Shown: one piece after another, positions 29,609 through 37,146 of the stretch | How positions within the stretch are numbered: position 1 is the first letter of the stretch | Layout: each line of letters starts with the position of its first letter | Assembly: GCF_055900595.2 (NCBI RefSeq) | Contig: NZ_CM148325.1 | DNA length: 64,000 bases | Strand: one strand, 5' to 3' | The notes under the pieces: model-generated | Databases searched by the model: none | Told to the model about the DNA's origin: nothing | Seen by the model: only the letters and a program-made list of their open reading frames with translations | Position numbers and translations under genes: made by a program

Positions 29609-30285
29609 TTCGCCTCCTGCGGCGGTTCTGGTATCGGCATCCAGTGGGTTACTTTCGATGCCGGTTCTTCCCCATCGTCAGTAACTGCCCACCATTTGTT
29701 TCTCGACCAATCGTAATACCCTTCGAAGGTATTGCACTCAGTCCAGCCGTAAGACTTACCCCAACACCAAACATACTGTTTATCGTTCGGCATTCGCTCA
29801 CTACAGCTTATCCAACTATCCGGAGTTACCGGAGAGTTGCCACCGGGAATATTTTCCGGAATATTTTGTTGTGCGTTTTGTGGTTGTTCGTATTTACCAT
29901 GAAGCATGGCGGCGCGGCAGGCGTTCCAGCCAGCTGTTCGCCCAAGCGCGTAAACTTCAGATGGCTCAAGATAATCAATGTCATGCCCGTCCTCATCGTC
30001 GTTCTCAGGTAATGCAGCAGGTACTACCGGTACTGGCGGAGCGGCGTAGACTTCAATAATCCCATTATCAATAGGCCATTCTCCATCCTTGAGATAGTCA
30101 CTTGTGCCGTCAACTTGCTGTTCAGCAATGTGGAATGCACCAACTGGCTCTGCCTCAAGCGAGGCCAGCGCAATCCGCGCCAGTTCTTCCGCTTCTTCTG
30201 CTGGCAGTACAACGTTGCTACCAGGTCCGTATGTTTCGCGCCACTGTTTGATTGTCAGCAGTCGCTCTTTGGTTATAGTGGTCAT
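29605..30285 (-). CDS. DUF551-like phage protein
   Basis: 226-aa ORF; Trp/Cys-rich C-terminus ending THWMPIPEPP. Confidence 0.55.
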   Translation of the reverse strand: MTTITKERLLTIKQWRETYGPGSNVVLPAEEAEELARIALASLEAEPVGAFHIAEQQVDGTSDYLKDGEWPIDNGIIEVYAAPPVPVVPAALPENDDEDGHDIDYLEPSEVYALGRTAGWNACRAAMLHGKYEQPQNAQQNIPENIPGGNSPVTPDSWISCSERMPNDKQYVWCWGKSYGWTECNTFEGYYDWSRNKWWAVTDDGEEPASKVTHWMPIPEPPQEAK

Positions 30286-30491
30286 TTATTAATCCTCAAA
30301 ACTTTATGCCCGGGTGCAAAAGCACGCGTTTTGTCTTTGCTTATTCGCCAGCCATCCTTACGCGCCTCTTTTGCACAGCCAGTCCATGACGTACCGATAT
30401 ATTCACCGAAGTCTGGCGTTTGATATTTACCATTTGTACACTGGCGACAATCACAATAGAGATGCATGGTGTAACTTGCGGCAATAGCCAT
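30282..30491 (-). CDS. hypothetical Cys-rich small protein
   Basis: 69-aa ORF; CDCRQCTNGK...C motif. Confidence 0.45.
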   Translation of the reverse strand: MAIAASYTMHLYCDCRQCTNGKYQTPDFGEYIGTSWTGCAKEARKDGWRISKDKTRAFAPGHKVLRINK

Positions 30492-30492
30492 A

Positions 30493-30852
30493 TCAGTCTC
30501 CTTTGATGCCAGTGTTTACAACCTGACAAGCCTCTTTGAGCACCCAGTCAACAGCGTCTTGCCATGCTCCGGTTTCGACTGGCGGATTCTCACGCTTAAC
30601 CTGTTCATAGAAGCGCACTGCTTTAATCAATCCTTCTGGTGTCAGTGGCGCAGGCGGTGCAGTGAATAACGCCTGAATTTCATAGTTCGGCCTGTCGTTG
30701 CAATCCTCTTTTGTCGGTACATATTTCCAGTCACCAACCCACATCTTCTCCTGAAAGTCCGTAACGCCTTTTTTCACGTAGCGATATCGCCATGCAACTG
30801 GTTTTGCCTGCCCTGCCGTTTCATGCCCTTCCTGATAATTAATCTCGCTCAT
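30493..30852 (-). CDS. hypothetical phage protein
   Basis: 119-aa ORF in the co-directional gene string. Confidence 0.5.
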   Translation of the reverse strand: MSEINYQEGHETAGQAKPVAWRYRYVKKGVTDFQEKMWVGDWKYVPTKEDCNDRPNYEIQALFTAPPAPLTPEGLIKAVRFYEQVKRENPPVETGAWQDAVDWVLKEACQVVNTGIKGD

Positions 30853-31017
30853 TCATCACCCCACTCATCACAATATGCTTCGACCGGATTTTTTCCTGCT
30901 TCATAATCATCACGCCATGCTTCAGCATCAGCAGCACTGCCACCACGTAACTCTGCATAGTCCATTAACAGTTCATGCCATTCTTCAAAACTGACGTTGT
31001 ATTTAGTTGAACCAAAA

Positions 31018-31200
31018 TCAGCCATTTTGCTCTTCCTCTTCGTCTTTTATTTCGTGATATGAGTAATTGCAGTAGTTAAAGAAAATTTCTTTTGCTTCGT
31101 CATGAATTTCATCAGGTGTTGCGTCATCGTCCACTTCGAATACATCCTCAAAATCTCCACCAGCTATTCCAGTTTCAATAATTATTTTGAACTTTCGCAT
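31018..31200 (-). CDS. hypothetical acidic small protein
   Basis: 60-aa ORF, highly acidic. Confidence 0.4.
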   Translation of the reverse strand: MRKFKIIIETGIAGGDFEDVFEVDDDATPDEIHDEAKEIFFNYCNYSYHEIKDEEEEQNG

Positions 31201-31293
31201 TTCACTACCGCCCTTTCGGGTGGCCTCCTGCTGTTCTGAAGGTGCAGAAATCCCTCCGGTTAAGGATTAAATTTTTAACAGTGCTAAATTTAA

Positions 31294-31650
31294 TTATTCA
31301 GTTCTGGATTTTGTCACCCTGCGTATCCGCGCTTTCGCGTTACGCTCAATCTGAATTAGCTTTTCTATATTTTTTCGCCTTTCCCGTTCCTCCTGGCGCA
31401 AGAGCCTTACATCATCTGCCAGTCTGGTTTCTCTTTTCGCCACAGAGAGCATCCAGTCAAATGGCTCCACAACTGCACCGCAGATTTTACAGCGGACCTG
31501 ACGCTCTTTTTCGTCAACGCGGACAGAGGCGTGATGACAATATGGTCTTTCCGATGGCTCATAAAGAAAATTAACCTGATTACGTGGGTCATCCTCTTTT
31601 ACCGGAAATAAAACAATATTACTTAACTCATCTTCTGGTTTTATTTCCAT
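31294..31650 (-). CDS. hypothetical protein with putative zinc-binding motif
   Basis: 118-aa ORF; CHH...CKIC; basic C-terminus. Confidence 0.5.
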   Translation of the reverse strand: MEIKPEDELSNIVLFPVKEDDPRNQVNFLYEPSERPYCHHASVRVDEKERQVRCKICGAVVEPFDWMLSVAKRETRLADDVRLLRQEERERRKNIEKLIQIERNAKARIRRVTKSRTE

Positions 31651-31703
31651 GCTCCTCTCCTTTGATGCGAATGCCAGCGATAATTGAAGCCTGATAGCTA
31701 ATT

Positions 31704-32159
31704 TTACTCACAGCCCCCCTGATAATTTCCCTGATAAAACGCCAGCACGCGCTGCATAACTTCGCTCTTCCTGCACTCGCAACAGATTATGTTCTGACGC
31801 CTGTCGTAGCGGCGTATTTCTCCGTCTGGTAATGACCAGATAAGGTCAGGATCAACCACAACCGGTTTTTTCACCTTTTCCCTTGATAGTTTTTTGCGGG
31901 CGTTTTGCCAGTCTTTACGCGCCTGCTCAGACGGGAATAATCCGTAGCCTGAATTGTATACATCACCACTGGCAACCAGCTCTCTGGCAAGAACGCTCAG
32001 CAGATATCTTGTCGCACCTGTTTTCGCTTCCAGTTGTCGTAACGTCTCGCGCCCGCTCTGTCGCACGAGTTCGACAACCTGCCTCTTAATTTTTTCCCGC
32101 TCTTCCTGTGTAAATACTTTTTTCACAAGTCCTCCTGAAAAATCTCCTTCACAATTCAT
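31704..32159 (-). CDS. hypothetical phage protein (ren/nin position)
   Basis: 151-aa ORF directly downstream of the P-like gene. Confidence 0.5.
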   Translation of the reverse strand: MNCEGDFSGGLVKKVFTQEEREKIKRQVVELVRQSGRETLRQLEAKTGATRYLLSVLARELVASGDVYNSGYGLFPSEQARKDWQNARKKLSREKVKKPVVVDPDLIWSLPDGEIRRYDRRQNIICCECRKSEVMQRVLAFYQGNYQGGCE

Positions 32160-32821
32160 ACAAAACCAGCCGCTTTCCGGCGTTCATACTCCTGTTTCAG
32201 CAACTCAATTGGCGTTGGTCCCGACGGGCGTTTGGGGGCAGCCAGTTGTCGCCGGACTGGCGGAACGCTGAGGCCCATACCAACATGCTTTGACCATTTC
32301 GTCAGTTGCCGTTCTGCAAACCGTTTTAACTCCCCTTCGGTCATCTGGCGTTCAATCCCCTTTGAACGCATCTCGAGGCATATGTGATACAGCACAGGCT
32401 GAGACCACGGGTATTTATCGCTTCCGTCGTATCGCCAGGACTCATTGCGCCAGCGTCGGTACTCCTCCATCACAGCCCCCACCGTCAGACCGAATGGATT
32501 GGCCCCGCTTTCCGGAATCAGTGCCACAAACTCAGCCAGGTCAGGAGGCCATGTTTCACCCGCCCGGCAGCGGTCCATGCACTGGCGGCAGACCTGCCGG
32601 ATTTGCTGCTCAGTCATCGCGCCAATCTGTGCAATCCAGAGCTTCGAAGGTGCGGCCCCGTTCTTCCGGGTCCAGCGGTCCGAATAAACCTCCCCCATGA
32701 GTTCCCACAGCTTCCAGGCTGTTTCCGTCGCTGATAAATCCGTTTTCACGTTCCCACTGCTCACGTGCTGCCCGAATTTCCTGAACTGCCCGTGATGCGG
32801 TGCCACCTGGTGCTGCTGCAT
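32156..32821 (-). CDS. P: replication protein P-like (helicase loader)
   Basis: Segments AMTEQQIRQVCRQC...WPPDLAEFVALI and DKYPWSQP align with lambda P; position after O. Confidence 0.75.
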   Translation of the reverse strand: MQQHQVAPHHGQFRKFGQHVSSGNVKTDLSATETAWKLWELMGEVYSDRWTRKNGAAPSKLWIAQIGAMTEQQIRQVCRQCMDRCRAGETWPPDLAEFVALIPESGANPFGLTVGAVMEEYRRWRNESWRYDGSDKYPWSQPVLYHICLEMRSKGIERQMTEGELKRFAERQLTKWSKHVGMGLSVPPVRRQLAAPKRPSGPTPIELLKQEYERRKAAGFV

Positions 32822-33650
32822 GGTTCACCCCCTTGCTGACTGGTTTAACCTGCGCCCTGACGTGATTTACGTGACGGGCGAATTTCTGCTCCCACTGAAC
32901 CTGTGTGAACACTTTCCCCTCCGCCATCCAGTAATCCCGGAAGGCGGCAAGTTCAGCAGGTGTAAATTCCGGTTCCGGCAAAGCCGCTCCCCACAACGCA
33001 GCCCGCCGTCGAAAATCCAGCGACGGATGCCAGCCATCGGTCATCGGAAATTTTCCGATGGGTTCGCTCAGGCCATCCAGGAATACAGGGGGGGCTGCCT
33101 GTAACGACAAAACTTCCTGCTCACTGATCGGAGCACTCTCGCGTGTGTTATGTGTGGGGTTTAGATCTTTGGGTTCCTTTGGGTTCCGTGATCCGTTTTT
33201 GGGTGTCTTTGATGGAAAATTTGGGTGTTTTTGGTTATTTTCCATGCAGCTAAGAGTTCCGTTTTTGGGTCTGTTTTGTGCTGAAACATAACCATTTTCG
33301 GTACTGTTTTTATTAACAGCACCAATTTTACCCTCCTTTAAAGACTCCCGTTTTTGGGTGTATTCAGGCTCTGCAACGCTTTCTTCTACACCGATAAGTC
33401 GGTACACCACGATTTGCTTTGTTCGGCCTTTTCTCTCACCGGTATCAACAATTAACCCAATCTCCATCAGGTGTCGTAAGCTGTCCTGCACAGTCTTTTT
33501 GTTCAGTTCCGTTACTTCTGCCAGTGCAGATACAGACGGGTATGCACACAAATCGGCACCGCACATATCAGCAAGCCAGGTCAATACTGACTTACTGGAT
33601 GAACTGCCGGTTTTCACCTTTTTAGCCCATCGTAGTGCATCGATGCTCAT
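32610..33650 (-). CDS. O: replication initiator O-like protein (origin-binding; iterons inside gene)
   Basis: ORF 32610..33725 with likely start MSIDALRWAKK; N-terminal HTH; internal iteron array; 3' ~210 bp overlaps P in another frame. Confidence 0.75.
   Translation of the reverse strand: MSIDALRWAKKVKTGSSSSKSVLTWLADMCGADLCAYPSVSALAEVTELNKKTVQDSLRHLMEIGLIVDTGERKGRTKQIVVYRLIGVEESVAEPEYTQKRESLKEGKIGAVNKNSTENGYVSAQNRPKNGTLSCMENNQKHPNFPSKTPKNGSRNPKEPKDLNPTHNTRESAPISEQEVLSLQAAPPVFLDGLSEPIGKFPMTDGWHPSLDFRRRAALWGAALPEPEFTPAELAAFRDYWMAEGKVFTQVQWEQKFARHVNHVRAQVKPVSKGVNHAAAPGGTASRAVQEIRAAREQWERENGFISDGNSLEAVGTHGGGLFGPLDPEERGRTFEALDCTDWRDD
33150..33370. repeat. origin-like iteron array plus AT-rich segment inside the O gene
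   Basis: Repeated TTTGGGT(G/T) motifs (tttgggttcc, cgtttttgggtgtc, aatttgggtgtttttgg, cgtttttgggtctg, cccgtttttgggtgt) followed by AT-rich ttttattaacagcaccaatttt. Confidence 0.7.
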
Positions 33651-34173
33651 ACGAACTCCTGGCAGACATTTGTTTATCTGCAAAGTAATATTGATATTGC
33701 TGACGATACGCATGCTTGAAAGCAATAGCTTTTTCTATAAGCTCGTCAGTCTCACGTTCCACAACAGATGGATCCGCAAAAAGCAGCCCGGACTCCACCA
33801 CATCGCCATATTCTTTGTTTAACCCGGCGATCATGTACGTAATGCTTTTTCCGTCAGTAATTTCACAATACAACCTGAAATCGCTGATCCGGATAGCCTC
33901 CATAATTGCCGGAATCAGCGCCGTGAATTTTTCCCGCTTATCCCTGGTGTCGATAGCTTTCCAGCGTTCGAATATCTTCACCCGGTTAACGCCCAGCGCC
34001 CGTTGATCAACCTCGCCATCATTAAACGTGACGCGTTGAACATCGATGTTCGGGCGTTCTTTCAGAGCCCAGAATGCTTCCGTGATTAATATCGTCGCCT
34101 GCTCCTGTGTCATTCCTGGTCGGCATACCCAGGCATCCAGAGCCTCACAAACCTGTTCAGGGGTGATTTTCAT
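33622..34173 (-). CDS. hypothetical early-operon protein at the cII position
   Basis: 183-aa ORF between the cro-like gene and O. Confidence 0.5.
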   Translation of the reverse strand: MKITPEQVCEALDAWVCRPGMTQEQATILITEAFWALKERPNIDVQRVTFNDGEVDQRALGVNRVKIFERWKAIDTRDKREKFTALIPAIMEAIRISDFRLYCEITDGKSITYMIAGLNKEYGDVVESGLLFADPSVVERETDELIEKAIAFKHAYRQQYQYYFADKQMSARSSYEHRCTTMG

Positions 34174-34384
34174 TGTTCAACCGCCCCGCCCGCTTCGTCT
34201 TACGATATTCGTCATAAACTTTGGGGTCGTACTGAAGTTCCCCGCCAGATGCCTCTTGCAGGCGCATCGCGCGACCTTCAGGAACCAGTTCTCCCCATTG
34301 AGAAACAGCAGATGGATCAACACCAGCAGCTTTCGCTACTTTGGCTTTCGTCCCATAAAAATTAATTACGTCTGATTTAAACAT
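34157..34384 (-). CDS. Cro-like / YdaS-type HTH protein
   Basis: Short HTH protein (GTKAKVAKAAGVDPSAVSQW) transcribed divergently from the repressor; start could be 34411. Confidence 0.7.
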   Translation of the reverse strand: MFKSDVINFYGTKAKVAKAAGVDPSAVSQWGELVPEGRAMRLQEASGGELQYDPKVYDEYRKTKRAGRLNNENHP

Positions 34385-34461
34385 CACCCCTCCAAAGTTG
34401 AGTTTTCTCAATGGTAATCACTCAAGGAATCTCAAGCCAAGGGTTATTAAGATATCTAAAT
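34385..34461. promoter_or_regulatory. immunity-region divergent promoter/operator (pR/pRM-like)
   Basis: 77-bp intergenic between divergent cro-like and repressor genes; palindrome TTGAGTTTTCTCAA at ~34397-34410. Confidence 0.6.
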
Positions 34462-34869
34462 ATGAACGAGAAAACTTTAGGTCAACGAATTAGAGAAAGA
34501 CGCAAACAGGTTGGTTTAAGTCAAAACGATTTAAGCAAAGCTGCTGGCGTATCTGGCTCATCAATTTCACTATGGGAAAGCGACCATACAGCCCCGCGCG
34601 GGCAAAATTTGCATCGCCTGGCTGAGGTATTGCAATGTTCACCAACTTGGATACTGTTTGGTGACGAGGATAAAACACCAGATCCACCAGTTGCACTCAA
34701 CAGCGCCTTAGACTTATCGGAAGATGAGTTGGAGATGTTGCGATTGTATCGCGCACTTCCAAAATCAGAGCAGCAAGCACAAATCAGCGAACTCCGTGCC
34801 CGCGTTGAGAATTTTAATCGCCTATTCACCGAGCTACTAGAAGCTCGCAAACGTAACAAACATCAATAA
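34462..34869 (+). CDS. CI-like repressor (XRE-family HTH, no peptidase domain)
   Basis: Start MNEKTLGQRIRERRKQVGLSQNDLSKAAGVSGSSISLWE (HTH_XRE signature); divergent from the cro-like gene. Confidence 0.8.
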   Translation: MNEKTLGQRIRERRKQVGLSQNDLSKAAGVSGSSISLWESDHTAPRGQNLHRLAEVLQCSPTWILFGDEDKTPDPPVALNSALDLSEDELEMLRLYRALPKSEQQAQISELRARVENFNRLFTELLEARKRNKHQ

Positions 34870-35120
34870 CCCCCCTTCACAAATTTTAAAGCCTTACATT
34901 TCAATGTATTGGCTTTATTTTGCATTAAATATTGAGTTTTCTAATCAAAACACTTGACCAATTTTCATGAGAAAACTAAATTACCATCCATCAAGACACC
35001 GCACGGTGTTCTCAGCAAACAGTTCCGCTACCCCGGCGTTAAGGGGAAACAGAGGATTTCTCAGTGGGCGAAGTCAAACATCAGAATGGAAGGCATCCCG
35101 GGATCGGCAAAGAAGCAGCA

Positions 35121-35420
35121 ATGGCGCTTTATATTGACATCAGCGCCATTGCCGGACAGGTAAGAATTATCAGAGCGGTAACTAAGCGGTATGTGCCTTT
35201 ACTTCAGAAAGGCTCCGGTGATTACACCGAAGATATTGTCAACGATTTCCTCATCGAATTGCGAGGACTCATCTTCAGTTACAAGGTGACCACAATTTTT
35301 GCAGATGGCTCCCGCGAAACTGTCAGAGCCCTGCGGCTTAAAGGATGTGTCGAAGACTTCGCCACCACATTCTGGGCAAGAAAACTTGATTGTATTCATA
35401 ACCAATTTCCTCTCGGGTAA
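35121..35420 (+). CDS. hypothetical protein downstream of repressor (rex/sieB position)
   Basis: ORF 35064..35420 with probable start MALYIDISAI; overlapped on the opposite strand by the zinc-ribbon ORF; only one may be real. Confidence 0.4.
   Translation: MALYIDISAIAGQVRIIRAVTKRYVPLLQKGSGDYTEDIVNDFLIELRGLIFSYKVTTIFADGSRETVRALRLKGCVEDFATTFWARKLDCIHNQFPLG
35199..35405 (-). CDS. zinc-ribbon small protein (antisense to 35121..35420)
   Basis: 68 aa with CPECGG...CKNCGH four-Cys zinc-ribbon motif. Confidence 0.45.
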   Translation of the reverse strand: MVMNTIKFSCPECGGEVFDTSFKPQGSDSFAGAICKNCGHLVTEDESSQFDEEIVDNIFGVITGAFLK

Positions 35421-36208
35421 CAGACCCCTCAGAGGATACCACCTCGCCTGACGTGGTTAAAAGCAGGCACACAACACGAAAGCGCACGGCGAGGTAGCTG
35501 GTTCATATATAGCCTGTCGTTAAATTTTCGTCGACCGTGCGCTTCCGGTTGTGGCACTCCGCGAAATGGCGCGGCGGTAAGCATGGCGGGGTTCCCTTCC
35601 CCTTGAGGACACCGGGTTGTCAGGTTGACCATGCGCCTGAGTGACAACCCCGCTGCAACGCCCTCTGTTATCAATTTTCTGGTGACGTTTGGCGGTATCA
35701 GTTTTACTCCGTGACTGCTCTGCCGCCCTTTTTAAAGTGAATTTTGTGATGTGGTGAATGCGGCTCAGCGCACGCGGAACAGTTAAAACCAAAAACAGAG
35801 TTATGGGTGGATTCTCTGTATCCGGCGTTAATTGTTAACTGGTTAACGTCACCTGGAGGCACCTGGCACCGCATCAACAAAGTTCACTTCGGTGATGAAA
35901 GGTAAGAGAAAATGTTGAATGTAGCTATTGAAAACCAGTACGGGTGGAATTATAGTGCACCTGCACCTCATAAAACGGGTGCCGGGCGTGGAAACCCGAA
36001 AGTTACTCGAGCGCATAACCGCGCCGAAGCGGTTTTTTTATGCGTAATGCACAGCCACATTCAGATAATGGTGGGGCGTGCAGGGCAGCTGCAAGGCTGG
36101 CCGGGTTCTCGAGTGACCGGTATTTCCACCCCTGTACGTCTCGCCACCCTTATGGTCGTGGAAAGCCTCGGTGGTGAGTTAATTAACTTAACACTTGAGG
36201 ATGCCATC

Positions 36209-36760
36209 ATGGCTACTACCCTTACCCTTTCTCACCCTGACGTAACCATTGAAAATGGTCGCGCTGTCACTACGTCTATTGCGATCGCAGAATTCTTCGG
36301 CAAGCAGCATCACCATGTTGTTCAAAAAATAGAGGCCCTCGAATGTTCTGAACGCTTTTTAACCAGCAACTTTTCGCGGGTTAAATTCGAGCACCGTGGC
36401 AATACCTACAATGCCTACCAAATCACCAAAAACGGCTTCGTTTTCCTGGTGATGGGCTTCACCGGCAAAAAGGCCGCTGCATTCAAGGAAGCCTACATTG
36501 CCGAGTTCGACCGCATGGAGGAAGAACTGCGCCGGAATAACACCACACCCGCTGACAAAATAATCCCGGGTGATGGCCGCACCCTGGTTATCCGCTTCGA
36601 CGAACACGGCTACATCAAATTCACCGAAACCGTTCCTGATGGCGCACTGGTCTGTACTCTGGATACTTTCCGTTTTTATCTGGAAAAGCAGGGATGGACT
36701 CTCATAAACCGGGGCGCAATTAAAAATATGACCGTCGAGCAGTTGCTGAGTATTAAATAG
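36209..36760 (+). CDS. Rha-family phage regulatory protein
   Basis: ORF 35912..36760; probable start MATTLTLSHPDV; motif TTSIAIAEFFGKQHHHVVQKIEAL typical of Rha. Confidence 0.7.
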   Translation: MATTLTLSHPDVTIENGRAVTTSIAIAEFFGKQHHHVVQKIEALECSERFLTSNFSRVKFEHRGNTYNAYQITKNGFVFLVMGFTGKKAAAFKEAYIAEFDRMEEELRRNNTTPADKIIPGDGRTLVIRFDEHGYIKFTETVPDGALVCTLDTFRFYLEKQGWTLINRGAIKNMTVEQLLSIK

Positions 36761-36805
36761 TTTTCTGGAATTTCCTTCATATCACAAATTATTAAGGAGA
36801 TTATT

Positions 36806-37027
36806 ATGATTGCTCATCACTTCGGAACCGATGAAATACCACGCCAGTGCGTCACTCCCGGCGATTACGTTATTTACGAAGGCCGGACATATGTTGCATC
36901 GGCAAACAATATCGAAAAGCAAAAACTTTATATCCGTGATTTCACTACAAAAACATGCATTACTGACCGCATGATTAAAGTCTTCCTCGGTCGTGATGGT
37001 TTACCTGTAAAGGCGGAGGCATGGTGA
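36806..37027 (+). CDS. hypothetical small protein
   Basis: 73-aa ORF preceded by AAGGAG RBS. Confidence 0.5.
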   Translation: MIAHHFGTDEIPRQCVTPGDYVIYEGRTYVASANNIEKQKLYIRDFTTKTCITDRMIKVFLGRDGLPVKAEAW

Positions 37028-37146
37028 GCTGTAATAAATAACTGACCCAATACGACATTCAGCTTAATAAATACATAAGGGTCGATTCTTATATGCCAGC
37101 AATGGCAGGGATTCGCACAACCTTAAAACAGCAATGAGGTTTATCA

